This document shows positions 28,561 through 38,260 of a stretch of DNA of 64,000 bases, one piece after another. Every line of letters starts with the position of its first letter. Within the stretch, counting starts at the first letter, position 1. Under the pieces are notes generated by a model. That model ran no database searches, was not told the origin of the DNA, and worked only from the letters and a program-made list of their open reading frames with translations. The stretch lies in the NCBI GenBank assembly GCA_022824615.1, contig JAJDZM010000093.1:654-64653 (forward strand), written 5' to 3'. This DNA is from Candidatus Binatia bacterium (GTDB lineage Bacteria; Desulfobacterota; Binatia; Bin18). A program made the translations under genes and the position numbers.

Positions 28561-28610
28561 GAGAGGGAACGTGCCCAACCTTGGTCTATTGAAAGACACG
28601 TTCTCTCTTT
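28561..28610. repeat. approx 52-nt hairpin repeat, copy A (in ileS 5' leader region)
   Basis: GAGAGGGAACGTGCCCAACCttggTCTATTGAAAGACACGTTCTCTCTTT. Stem GAGGGAACG/CGTTC(T/C)CTC around loop CCAACC....CTATTGAAAGAC. Confidence 0.7.
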
Positions 28611-28691
28611 GCCGGCATGGACGGGCGGACTTGACCCTGTGTCACAGAAGGGCCATGAATAGACCATCAAGATCATGAGGAGAACGTACGG

Positions 28692-28916
28692 ATGGGCAAA
28701 CGGATGATGGTCAACTTCGGCAAGGAAGGCTTTCCGCAGTACGAGGAGGTTGAGGAGGAGGGCATGGCAAAACCCTGTGCGATGGGCCTGCCATGGGTGA
28801 ATCCCGATACTGTCAGAACGCTTGCGCTGAGGCAGGTCGGACGGACCGGCCCCAAAGGGGAGGCCCTGGAAGCTGCCTCAGCACCGCCCGAAACCGCGTC
28901 CGAGACGAACGAATAA
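28692..28916 (+). CDS. small hypothetical protein
   Basis: 74-aa ORF with acidic stretches. No family. Weak. Confidence 0.25.
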   Translation: MGKRMMVNFGKEGFPQYEEVEEEGMAKPCAMGLPWVNPDTVRTLALRQVGRTGPKGEALEAASAPPETASETNE

Positions 28917-28921
28917 ATCGT

Positions 28922-29254
28922 CTAGCCTCGGGGGAGACGCTTGGCTGTAGGCTTTGGCCGTTGACGTCGCTTCACAGGCTTCTGAGACGCCACGGCGAAA
29001 TCAGGGTCACCGTCCGGAGCTAACAACGGGTGCTGATGGAGACGTATCCCAAAAAAATAACAACAGGACTGGCTATCGAGGTTATTATCAAAGGTGCGCT
29101 GCTGACCATCCTCAAAGTTCACCCGCGCTAAGCAGGTCCCCCCTTCCAGGACCGATGTCATTTCCTCAACCACCTCACCCGTCCCCCATTCTTCATAGTG
29201 GCGATGGATCACATGATCCCCAACCCGGAGATACAAACGATGTTTGGCAGACAT
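28922..29254 (-). CDS. DUF3553-like small protein
   Basis: LYLRVGDHVIHRHYEEWGTGEVVEE....ARVNFEDGQQRTF resembles the DUF3553 pattern. Confidence 0.45.
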   Translation of the reverse strand: MSAKHRLYLRVGDHVIHRHYEEWGTGEVVEEMTSVLEGGTCLARVNFEDGQQRTFDNNLDSQSCCYFFGIRLHQHPLLAPDGDPDFAVASQKPVKRRQRPKPTAKRLPRG

Positions 29255-29363
29255 GTGGTGGCCTTACGGGCAAGTCGGATTGCGTTTGCAAGGGTTGTAT
29301 CTGAAAACGTGCAGCGATGGAAGCAAGCGATGAAAAAGCGACAGCGAGATCCACGCCGACGAT

Positions 29364-30239
29364 TCACGTCGAAAGCCCGCTATCCTGCAGAATAGATGTC
29401 TCCCTTCGGTAGGGGGCACGGAAAGAGACATTCTTTGCCCAGGCTGCAAGCGGCAGACCGCTTGTCCCGGAGCGCTCTGCCAGAGCGGCTCGCTTCCGTA
29501 TTAGCCTGGGGTCCAGGGAAACCGCATCACTGCCCATCACAACGACATTGCCACTCGGTACCGAGCAGGCAGTCGTATACCGGAAGGCCGCGGCAAACGT
29601 CCTGCGCGCGGTATCATACACTGGTGTAGAAGAGTGCAGGTTGGAAACGACCAGCCCGTGGGGACCCAGGCACGCACGGCATTCAGCGTAGAAATCGTAG
29701 GTCAAAAGATGGGGAGTAACCCCTTCGGCTCGGTAGGCGTCCAGCATGATAAGGTCGTAGGTTGTCCCAGCCGCTCGTGCGCGTACATACGACCTGCCAT
29801 CGGCAATCACAGCGCGCTGACGCTCGTCCGGGAAAAACCCAAAGAAGCGGGTAGCAATGTCAACAACGAGGGGATCAAGTTCAACGCTATCGAGTTGCGC
29901 GTTTTCAAAAACATGGTGCAATACCATTTGCAGCCGCCCGCCCCCAAGGCCGATCAAAAGAATACGCCGTGGTTGAGCACACCACACCAGGGCTAACACC
30001 ATAGCCTGAGTGTAAGGGGAGAGGAGGTCCAAGGGAGAGCGGGGGTCGAGCCGGGATTGGACTTCTTCAACGCGACTCTGCTGGTGTCGATAGCACAGCA
30101 GCAACTGATTATGCTTTCTGCGGATGACGACATGGTTGTAGGCAGATCGTCGCTCAAAGAGGACGCCCTGTGGAGAGCGGCGGAGTGGAGCGAGGCGACG
30201 GGTGATTGCCGCCAGATTGTGTTCTTGCCAGGGGGACAT
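29364..30239 (-). CDS. spermidine-synthase-family (polyamine aminopropyltransferase-like) protein
   Basis: RILLIGLGGGRLQMV ... VELDPLVVDIATRFFGF ... YDLIMLDAY matches the SAM-dependent spermine/spermidine synthase fold. Confidence 0.6.
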   Translation of the reverse strand: MSPWQEHNLAAITRRLAPLRRSPQGVLFERRSAYNHVVIRRKHNQLLLCYRHQQSRVEEVQSRLDPRSPLDLLSPYTQAMVLALVWCAQPRRILLIGLGGGRLQMVLHHVFENAQLDSVELDPLVVDIATRFFGFFPDERQRAVIADGRSYVRARAAGTTYDLIMLDAYRAEGVTPHLLTYDFYAECRACLGPHGLVVSNLHSSTPVYDTARRTFAAAFRYTTACSVPSGNVVVMGSDAVSLDPRLIRKRAALAERSGTSGLPLAAWAKNVSFRAPYRRETSILQDSGLST

Positions 30240-30306
30240 GCCTGAGTGGGGTCTGGATATTGGCTTGACTATTCGGGTCCAGGCCGGGCCTTATCTTCCC
30301 TAGCTC

Positions 30307-30726
30307 CTACCTGCTCTGGGTCGCAATAGCCAAACGACCGAGCCCTTCGGTGCGAGCCAGGTCCATGACCTGAACGACTCGATTATGGGTGACATCGCCG
30401 TCCGCCCGAATAACAAGTGTCACGTCTGCGCCTTGGCTCTTTTCGGCCTTAAAGCGGGCTTCGAGTTCGGCAATAGTCGTCGGTGTCTCGCCTAAGAAGA
30501 GTTGACCATCTTTCTTCAAGCTCACGCTCAGGCGTTTTTTTTCAGCCGGAGGTTTTGCCGATGCGGCCTTGGGCAGGCTCACATCGACCTGGCCTTCGCG
30601 TGTTTTCTGAAAGGTTGCCAGAAAGCTGAACGTGATGAAGAAGAAGATGAACATATTGATGATGATATCAGTGAGCGCCAGCGGCTCCATACTCGTCAAG
30701 ATTTTCGCTTTGCGCTTAAACTGCAT
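30307..30726 (-). CDS. exbD: biopolymer transport protein ExbD/TolR
   Basis: Single N-terminal TM (LTDIIINMFIFFFI) plus periplasmic ExbD domain. Overlaps exbB. Confidence 0.8.
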   Translation of the reverse strand: MQFKRKAKILTSMEPLALTDIIINMFIFFFITFSFLATFQKTREGQVDVSLPKAASAKPPAEKKRLSVSLKKDGQLFLGETPTTIAELEARFKAEKSQGADVTLVIRADGDVTHNRVVQVMDLARTEGLGRLAIATQSR

Positions 30727-31372
30727 GACGAGTTGGCTCCTGTAGCGGTACGGCCTCCGGGAGGGCTTCTTGCGCGGGCGTCCCGGTCAGTGCATCGAGG
30801 AGTTCTTCGGTACGCGTCTCGGTCAGACGGGTCAAACGTTGTATGCGTGAGGTCAGGTGGTTGTACAAAAGATAGTAAGGGATGGCGACCGTCAGCCCTG
30901 CCGCCGTGGTCAACATGGCCTTATAAATACCACCGGCCAGAACGCCAACGGTAATTTGGTCCCCCAGCGTCTCCCAACTCATAAAGGCTTCAACCAGGCC
31001 AATAATCGTACCCAGGAAGCCCAGCATGGGTGCGACCCCGACCACGCTTGCCAGGGCCGTCATATACGCCTCCAGCCCGGCCACCACCTCGCCTCCAAAT
31101 CGTTCCAGGCGTCGCGTCAGCTCCGTTCGTTCCTCAAAGCGATGCAGGAAGGCCGTCTCGAACAGTCGGCCGAGCGGCGTGTTGTGCTCGCGGCAAACCT
31201 GGAGGGCTGCATTCAGGGTGCCGTCTTGGTCAAGCTGGCCTCCAGATCCCTGAATGAGGAGGTGCAGGCGCTCGCACAGTCGATTGAGCTGCGAGCGAAA
31301 TCGCGCCAAGCTCCAAAACTTCGTAAGGACAATAGCCAGCGCGAAAATGGACAGGGCGATAATGAGATACAT
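30716..31372 (-). CDS. exbB: MotA/TolQ/ExbB proton-channel protein
   Basis: Three TM helices with conserved C-terminal TM2/TM3 region (GLLGTIIGLVEAF). Start MYLIIAL at 31372 (track start 31432 possible). Confidence 0.75.
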   Translation of the reverse strand: MYLIIALSIFALAIVLTKFWSLARFRSQLNRLCERLHLLIQGSGGQLDQDGTLNAALQVCREHNTPLGRLFETAFLHRFEERTELTRRLERFGGEVVAGLEAYMTALASVVGVAPMLGFLGTIIGLVEAFMSWETLGDQITVGVLAGGIYKAMLTTAAGLTVAIPYYLLYNHLTSRIQRLTRLTETRTEELLDALTGTPAQEALPEAVPLQEPTRHAV

Positions 31373-31594
31373 TATATTCCCGCCCTGGTCGATAAAATAC
31401 AGAATTCCCGGAGAGTCCACCTGTGTTGGCATAGCGCGGTATATGTAGCGGAGTTCCCCTCTGAGGGGAAGGGTAGCGTCCTTCGACTTCGCTCGGCTAC
31501 GCTCAGGATGCTCGGAGACAGAACGAAGGTTGAGACCTTTCCTTTTTTTTATCCGACTGGTAATCCGCAGAGAACGACCGGGAGTTAATACGCA

Positions 31595-31981
31595 ATGGGA
31601 AGAATAGTCGCAACAGTGGACATCGAGAATTTCTCCGAAGCCGGCTCGTCCATGAAACTGGACGCCTTGGTTGATACCGGAGCAAGCTATCTCACCTTAC
31701 CGTCACGCTGGAAGAGCCGGTTCGGCGCGTTTGCTTCGGAGGAGACGGTTGAACTGCAAACAGCGACTCAAGAAGCCGTTCAAGGAACAGTCTGCGGCCC
31801 GGTAAAAATCACCGTGGAAGGCTTTCGATCTATTTACAATGAAGTGCTGTTCATAGACATGAAGCCGGAGAACGGCGAATACGAGCCATTACTGGGCTAT
31901 ATCGCGCTTGAGCAATGCGGAGCGGCCGTCGATATGCTCGGCCACAGATTGGTACCAGTGAAATATATGGATGCGAAATAG
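31595..31981 (+). CDS. retropepsin-like (clan AA) aspartic peptidase
   Basis: LVDTGASYLTLP D-T/S-G-A catalytic motif. Approx 128 aa single-domain bacterial retropepsin architecture. Confidence 0.7.
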   Translation: MGRIVATVDIENFSEAGSSMKLDALVDTGASYLTLPSRWKSRFGAFASEETVELQTATQEAVQGTVCGPVKITVEGFRSIYNEVLFIDMKPENGEYEPLLGYIALEQCGAAVDMLGHRLVPVKYMDAK

Positions 31982-32009
31982 CACGAAACGACCTGAACAA
32001 GGAAATGTT

Positions 32010-32504
32010 ATGGCCGTTCCAGCAGCAAAACCACCACTCTCTGAGCACGACTACCATGCGTGGCTCCTTGAACAAGCGGCCCGTCTTCGGGCTCGTCAGT
32101 TTGACCAGATTGATTATGAGATGCTCGCGGAGAAGTTGGAAGACATGGGGCGGAGTGAACGGCGCGCAGTCGAAAGCCATCTGGAGAATCTTCTCATCCA
32201 CCTCTTGAAATGGGCCAAGCAAAAGCAACGTCGCTCAGGAAGCTGGCGAGACAGTATTGACAATGCGCGAGATGCGCTTGCCGACTTGCTTCAAGACAGC
32301 CCCAGTCTGCGCCCTCAGCTCCCAGAATTTGTCAAGCGTCAATATCCCCGCGCCCGCCGGAGCACCGCTAACCAAACCGGTCTGACAGTGACACGCTTTC
32401 CCGCTACCTGTCCCTTTCGCTTGGAAGACATTCTCGATGCTGAGTCCTTTTCTGAGACTCTGCGGAGAGGGGAAAGCCTGCGTCGTGCTTCTCGGGGATC
32501 GTAG
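32010..32504 (+). CDS. DUF29-family protein
   Basis: SEHDYHAWLLEQAARLRARQFDQIDYEMLAEKLEDMGRSERRAVESHLENLLIHLLKW closely matches the DUF29 consensus. Confidence 0.7.
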   Translation: MAVPAAKPPLSEHDYHAWLLEQAARLRARQFDQIDYEMLAEKLEDMGRSERRAVESHLENLLIHLLKWAKQKQRRSGSWRDSIDNARDALADLLQDSPSLRPQLPEFVKRQYPRARRSTANQTGLTVTRFPATCPFRLEDILDAESFSETLRRGESLRRASRGS

Positions 32505-32517
32505 ATGCCTGCGGGGG

Positions 32518-34059
32518 CTATATTTTGAGGTTTAGCTCGATGAAGCCGAAGTTGGCATCACTACCAGTATAGATGTGGTTGACGATACTGTCGCCAAACG
32601 CATGCGCAAAGAAGACGTGTACGTTAACATGCTCGTTGATCGTGTAGTTGAGGGTGGTTTCGATGATCTGGAACAGGTCACGCTTGCCAAAGACCGGACG
32701 GCCGACAAAGCCGAAGCCGGCCTGACGGTCTTCAAGGGTGGCACCCGCACCCTGGTACCACAGGTCATTCTTCTCGCTGACGCGAATATAGTGAAAGTCC
32801 GTACGCCAGACTAACCCTTTGAATGGACGTAGAATCAGCTGGAAGAAGATGTCTTCATTGTTCATCAGATTATAGAAGGTAGAAAACGAATAGACCCGAG
32901 CGGTTGGCAGCATCTGGAAAAAGGTATCGTGGTCGTTGTCGTTGGGGTCGTCGTCGCCCGAACTGCGGTTATACCCAATCCGGAACCAGGGCTTCCACGG
33001 CAATCCCTTGGGTTGCCAGCCGGCCTCGGCGGCAAACGCCCAGCCGTGATGATCCTGCCGGCCCCAGTCGCCGCCCTGCCCGATGCCCAAACCCATCAGG
33101 TCGATCGGTCCCGCGCCGGTCGGAATGACGTGGACCAGATTGCCACCATAGGCATGCACCGTGATATGACGCCGGTCGGTGTTACGCACCACGGCGGGCC
33201 GATTATCGGTCGGCCGCAGCCCGCGGCCGTCGGCATAGTAGATATAGAACAGCCGCGCGTCGCTCGTTTCCGCAAACGCCGGCTTTGTCACGTTGAACCC
33301 GGTGTAAAGGACGTCGATGTCGTCAATAGTCTTCACCCCGGCCAGGTCGAACCCGCCTTGGGTTGGATGGGAACCGTGGACGGTGAGGCTATACGCCCCC
33401 TTGGTGTAGCTGGCCGTAAAACCGTCGAAAGAGCGTCCGGTGTGCGACCAGGCAAAGGGGCCGATCATACGCTGCGATACGCGGAAGCGTTTGACCCAGT
33501 CAATCGTGGGGTCCTTGCTCATCACCTCCGCGCCTGCTGCGAATAGCAACCGCCCGCCTTTGAGCTTCAGCCCCGGTATCCCCAGCTTCTTGAGAGTCAG
33601 ATGCGCCTGCTTGAGAAAGACTACAGCATCGTTCTGCCGGCGATTATGGGCCAGGTAGACGTGCCCCAAACCGAATGCGCCTTGTGGGGCGGGGCCAACG
33701 GCGTCGTCGGGAAGCCCCATCACAGCCGTGTTTTGCGTCTCGACATACAGGTCAAAAGAGTCATCGGTCCACTTGAACCCCAGCTTGGCGACGGTGGCCG
33801 CATAGGCATACGAAGAATCGCCAGAGGTGCCCTCAAACCAGTCCCAGAATTCACCCCGTGTACGCAGGCTGGCCGAGAGCGACAGCTTCGTTGATATTTG
33901 GGAGAGCGGCAGTTCCGCCTTCAGCGGTGCAGGAGCCAGCAGGAGGAGGCATACTCCCGCCAACAATGCGCATCCCCATCGAGGCGCGCGGAATGTCTGA
34001 CAAATCATCTGATGGACCGTCTCAATGGCTTTCGCCATGGTGGTTTGATAGATACTCAC
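32518..34059 (-). CDS. outer-membrane beta-barrel, alginate-export (AlgE-like) family
   Basis: Signal peptide. Alternating beta-strand pattern with aromatic girdle. N-terminal SLRTRGEFWDWF and C-terminal ...FGFIELNLKI (terminal aromatic). Family call from memory. Confidence 0.5.
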   Translation of the reverse strand: MSIYQTTMAKAIETVHQMICQTFRAPRWGCALLAGVCLLLLAPAPLKAELPLSQISTKLSLSASLRTRGEFWDWFEGTSGDSSYAYAATVAKLGFKWTDDSFDLYVETQNTAVMGLPDDAVGPAPQGAFGLGHVYLAHNRRQNDAVVFLKQAHLTLKKLGIPGLKLKGGRLLFAAGAEVMSKDPTIDWVKRFRVSQRMIGPFAWSHTGRSFDGFTASYTKGAYSLTVHGSHPTQGGFDLAGVKTIDDIDVLYTGFNVTKPAFAETSDARLFYIYYADGRGLRPTDNRPAVVRNTDRRHITVHAYGGNLVHVIPTGAGPIDLMGLGIGQGGDWGRQDHHGWAFAAEAGWQPKGLPWKPWFRIGYNRSSGDDDPNDNDHDTFFQMLPTARVYSFSTFYNLMNNEDIFFQLILRPFKGLVWRTDFHYIRVSEKNDLWYQGAGATLEDRQAGFGFVGRPVFGKRDLFQIIETTLNYTINEHVNVHVFFAHAFGDSIVNHIYTGSDANFGFIELNLKI

Positions 34060-34272
34060 AGCTTCCCTCTCAAAATCCTCGATCGCTGAGTATGTCCCTG
34101 CGGGCTCGGGTAGTTACCGGAAGCGTTTGCCGAAGGTAATCCCGATGCCCAAGTGAGCAAAGCAGCGTCTGGGGCAGCTTGAGTTTCGTGAGCTAACCTG
34201 CACGTATGAGCGCCTGCATCTTTAGTGTAAGCACGCCAGAGCAAAACGCTCGATGGTTGCACACATCTGCGG

Positions 34273-34848
34273 CTACTCCGTCACGAAGAGGCGGATGATA
34301 ACGCCACCCATCACGTCACCGAGCTTAAAGTCGTTCCGCGGCGACTTGGGGTGGCTGTTGTGGCATGTGACACACGCCTCGACATTCGCCACATCCGCAT
34401 AGATGGCCACGAAGCTTTGCTTACCGAAGAAGTTCTCCTCGGCATAGAAACGCTCCTCAGGATTGGCCTTCACGTACTGGAGGCCCTGCTCCTCCACAGG
34501 GGTGATTGGACCCATCGCCTCGTTGATCGGGGTGAGCGCACGTAGTGCGAGCCAGAAGTCTCCGGTTTCACCGGCTTCATCCAAGAGTTCCTCGGCGGCG
34601 AAACGGAACATCTGCGCCGGTAACGGAAGCCCCTTCTCGTCTCTGAAGTGCTCCGAGGCGGTGACAACCGATTCTTCGTTGGAGAGCCGCTGTACAATAT
34701 CCCTCGTATAGACCTTGCGATTGGCAAAGGCCAACTCGTAGAGCATATCGGCGACCTGACGATGCGGAATTCCGTCGGCGGCGACACCAGCACTGGTAAC
34801 GGCGGTGAGACTGAGGGTCAGGGCCATAATCTTGGTCAGTACTCTCAT
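34273..34848 (-). CDS. DUF3365 (Tll0287-like) periplasmic protein with CxxCH haem-binding motif
   Basis: Signal peptide. C-terminal CVTCHNSHP. Confidence 0.55.
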   Translation of the reverse strand: MRVLTKIMALTLSLTAVTSAGVAADGIPHRQVADMLYELAFANRKVYTRDIVQRLSNEESVVTASEHFRDEKGLPLPAQMFRFAAEELLDEAGETGDFWLALRALTPINEAMGPITPVEEQGLQYVKANPEERFYAEENFFGKQSFVAIYADVANVEACVTCHNSHPKSPRNDFKLGDVMGGVIIRLFVTE

Positions 34849-34918
34849 TAACCTCTCCTTCTACAGATTCAGACTTTGCTCTTTCAGTATCCGACAAAAG
34901 CGAAAAGCTTCGCCTGAC

Positions 34919-35932
34919 CTACTCGGCCTGGGCGGCCGCTACAGTCAGGATGTCCAGGTTCTTGACGAGTCTCAGAGCCTGAGCGAACACATCGGTCGGT
35001 CTTTTGTTCCGTGGCTCATCACGAGCCTCGTGGGGCAGGTTAATGTCCAAGTGCAGCTTGATCCGGGTCATCTCCGCCAGCAGGATGTTAGTAATCTCAT
35101 AGACCTCTGTCGGGGTTATGCGCACAAGCGTCAGATTCGGAACGCTGGATGCCTCCATGCCCAGCCTGTTCTGAAGGCCAATGACCTTGTAGGTGGCTCT
35201 GAGCATCTGTTGGGCGACCTCCTGTGGGCGTTTCCGACCCCCCACTGCGGGCGGCTCGAGTTCGAGGGAGGCTCCGAGCTTGGCAGCGATGAGATCCATG
35301 TCGTCGTGGATGTGCATCACATTCCCAAAGACATCGTTTGGCGTTGTGGACCGACCCACAAGCCCGTCCAGCAAGAATGATGCATCCCCCAGATTTTTAT
35401 AGACGAGTGACGGTGTCTTGCCACCGGCAAAGGGAGCAGGTTCGATCTCAGTCTCAATGACGAGTTGTCCCTTTATTCTCCGGATCTCTTCGAGGATGGT
35501 CTGCACGACACCCAAGACATCCGTCGGGACAATATTCTTGACGGGTATCTGTCCAGAATCGGCCGGAATCATCCCAAGTTTTCTTTGAACACGAGCTACT
35601 TTCCCCATAACTTCGAGAGTTTTAGCGTATGCATGAAACGGGGAGCGGCCCTCCTGGAGTTCAGCCTCGCTGGGGTAATCGTCGACGGCCAACTCGTTCC
35701 TCAGGATTTCGATTTCCGAGAGGACATCTAATGTCGCTTGAAACACGTGACTGGGTGTCACACTGCTTTCGCTCCCTTCCTCCCCTTGGGCAGCGGCCTC
35801 TTGTGCCTGTACTCCGAGCACCCAATTCATCAACCTATTTCCCTGTCCTTCCTGCGCCTTCACTGGTCCGACTGTAATCCCAAATAGCCCGATACAGCAA
35901 AATATCATGACCTTTCCAACTCGTTTTTTCAT
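34919..35932 (-). CDS. secreted hypothetical protein built of 3-4 internal repeats
   Basis: Signal peptide. Repeated module ..PTDV(L/F/Y)..(V/I)...L.E(I/M).RIK..L (VPTDVLGVVQTILEEIRRIKGQL; TPNDVFGNVMHIHDDMDLIAAKLG; TPTEVYEITNILLAEMTRIKLHL; RPTDVFAQALRLVKNLDIL). Confidence 0.5.
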   Translation of the reverse strand: MKKRVGKVMIFCCIGLFGITVGPVKAQEGQGNRLMNWVLGVQAQEAAAQGEEGSESSVTPSHVFQATLDVLSEIEILRNELAVDDYPSEAELQEGRSPFHAYAKTLEVMGKVARVQRKLGMIPADSGQIPVKNIVPTDVLGVVQTILEEIRRIKGQLVIETEIEPAPFAGGKTPSLVYKNLGDASFLLDGLVGRSTTPNDVFGNVMHIHDDMDLIAAKLGASLELEPPAVGGRKRPQEVAQQMLRATYKVIGLQNRLGMEASSVPNLTLVRITPTEVYEITNILLAEMTRIKLHLDINLPHEARDEPRNKRPTDVFAQALRLVKNLDILTVAAAQAE

Positions 35933-36401
35933 TGCTGTCTTCTCCTTCTAAACGGTGAGGGATTTGCTACAAAGCTTGCGTGTTGGGCACCAACCAATAC
36001 GGCGTGGTAATGGACCCCCGTACTGGACCATCCGCTAACAGGCATCACATGTTCAAGAGGGGCAGAGTAAGACCGGTAGCTAGCTGCATACGCTTAGGGC
36101 CCATGCAGCTGACATCGTAACGATACTGGATTCGGAATACATTTGGTCTGTATGCCGAGCTAAAATACATATATACAGTTTCCATGTCAATTCTATCAGA
36201 TTTTGGCTCCTGTCCTCATGAGGCTACTTCGGCTCAAATGAGGACAGCACCAAGGTAAATTGTGGTTTTTATTGATGAAATTTTCAAATTGACATATTAC
36301 CGGAAATCGATAAGAAATCCGGCTCTTGATGAAGCCGTCACGTACGGAACACTCGATACTGTCAGCCGGCAGGCATATACCGAGAATGACCGCGCAGAAT
36401 T

Positions 36402-37378
36402 TTAGGGTGATAAATCTATGGATTCACCAACCAGCGTCTTGATGAATGCGACGATCGCCTCCTTGTCCCCGTCGGACGCCTCACGCCCCAACTGGAACTC
36501 GAACATGACGTCGACCGCATCACGCAGGGTTACAGCGCTTCCGTCGTGAAGATAGGGCTCGGTCAGGATCGCCATTCGCAGGCTTGGGACCTTGAAGACA
36601 TGACGGTCAGCGGCCTGTCCGGTAACATTGTAGCGGCCGAGGTCGGTATCGGTGATGTCGTCCCGATTCTTGAAGTAATCGTTGACCACACCGAAAACCC
36701 GGAACATGTTGCCTCCCGCATTCACGCCTTGGTGACAGGAGGCGCAACCGTAGCTCTTGAACAGGGCATAGCCGTGCTTCTCCAGCGTGCTCAGGGCTGT
36801 GTCATCACCCCCTAGATACTGGTCGAAGCGGCTGTCCGGGGTGATGAGAGATTTGATAAATGCACCGAGCGCGTTCTTGATGTTCTTGCGATTAATACCG
36901 TCTGGATAGAGGAGCTTGAAGCGGTCGGGGTAGCTTTCGTGCTGGTAGAACTTGGAGACGACCGTCGGCCATGTACTTCTCATATAGATCGGCGACTGCA
37001 CATGGATGTCAATCAGGTCTTCGACCGTCTTCGCTCGTCCGTCCCAGAACTGCTTAAAGTTCAAACCGGAATTAAACACAGTCGGGGTGTTGATGACTCC
37101 TGACCTCCCCCCAATCCGGATGGAAACCTTACGGCCATCGTCACCACCAGAGCCGAGATTGTGACAACTGTGGCATGATACGGTATTGTCCTTTGATAAT
37201 CTCGGGTCATAGAACAGCATCCGTCCGAGCATCAGCTTTTCGACATTAACCTCAATCTCTTCTAGAATCGGCTTGATGGGCTCCTCAGCACGCACATCGC
37301 TGACAAAGGCGAAACAGACGACCGCAAATACTATCCAGGTAATGCGAATGCTCTCGAGAGTCAATTTTTGAGTGGACA
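36402..37378 (-). CDS. di-haem cytochrome c peroxidase (CCP/MauG family)
   Basis: Two CxxCH sites (CHSCHNLG, CASCHQG) and conserved FKVPSLRM...PYLHDGS. Start at ATG 37378 (MSTQKL...). The N-terminal extension in the track is unlikely. Confidence 0.85.
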
Positions 37379-37614
37379 TCGGAGAGGTTACCCCTGATAA
37401 GATGGGCTTCGGCCGAGGCCAAAATAAAAATGAGGGAGGAAATTTATTCGGGTCGCACTCAGCATCTGGCCAAGAAGAATAAAACCGGCAGGATAGTGGC
37501 GCGTTGGTAGCATATTTGTCCGAGGATTGTCTAGGTGTTGTGGGCTTTTCTTTTCTCATAGCAGCAAAAGCCTCCTTCGAGTCTGCTTCATAAACTGTTA
37601 TAAAGGACCCTGCC

Positions 37615-38166
37615 ATGAGAAACTGCTTAAAAATCACCCACTCGATCACGGTCATGCTTTCCCGCTGTCGTCTTTGCCTGATTGTACTCGGGACCTGCGT
37701 CTTATCCGTTTTTCCAGAGTTCCTTCTTCAGGCTCAGCCGCAGAATGTGGAAGTCCAGGTCCGGCCATTAAACGCAATAGCCCCGGAGATTGTCGTCCCG
37801 CCGGGCAGAGGTTCGTCCGCCATGCGCAGGACCACGGACGACATGCGTAGAGCCGCGGACGACAGGTGGGAGCGCGTTCGGAACAGTGAAAACTTTGTGG
37901 TGGAAGTAAAGATTCACAACGGAACTGACCGCTCCTATCTGATTAAAGCCAATAAGGTCTCGTTACGCGCCGAGTCTGGCGAACGCGTGAGACCGCTGGA
38001 AGCAAGCGAAGACGGTCCGACTCCTGTCCTTACGGATCAGACCATTGCGCCCGGCGCGGAGATCCGTGGCTATCTCTCTTTCCCACCTGGCTCCTATACG
38101 GGTGCGCGGGGGTTTCTTATTGAAGAGCGCACCCAGGCGAACGAGGGGTTCAGTATCGACTTTTAG
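37615..38166 (+). CDS. secreted hypothetical protein
   Basis: Hydrophobic N-terminus. No family recognised. Confidence 0.35.
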   Translation: MRNCLKITHSITVMLSRCRLCLIVLGTCVLSVFPEFLLQAQPQNVEVQVRPLNAIAPEIVVPPGRGSSAMRRTTDDMRRAADDRWERVRNSENFVVEVKIHNGTDRSYLIKANKVSLRAESGERVRPLEASEDGPTPVLTDQTIAPGAEIRGYLSFPPGSYTGARGFLIEERTQANEGFSIDF

Positions 38167-38208
38167 GCGAGCCCGTAGCGCTACACCCAGACTCTGCCCA
38201 TTCCTGAC

Positions 38209-38260
38209 GAAAAGAGGAAACGTGTCCAACCACCAGCTATTGAAAGACCCGTTCCCTCTT
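38209..38260. repeat. approx 52-nt hairpin repeat, copy B (overlaps the stop codon of the molybdoenzyme gene, between convergent genes)
   Basis: AAAAGAGGAAACGTGTCCAACCaccaGCTATTGAAAGACCCGTTCCCTCTTT. Stem AAGAGG(G/A)AACG / CGTTCCCTCTT. Confidence 0.7.

Noticed and set aside
28484-28691. T-box riboswitch upstream of ileS
   Set aside because: Looked on the minus strand for the T-box consensus (AATTAGGGTGGTACCGCG-like) and a specifier/antiterminator arrangement and found none. Only the family hairpin repeat is present.
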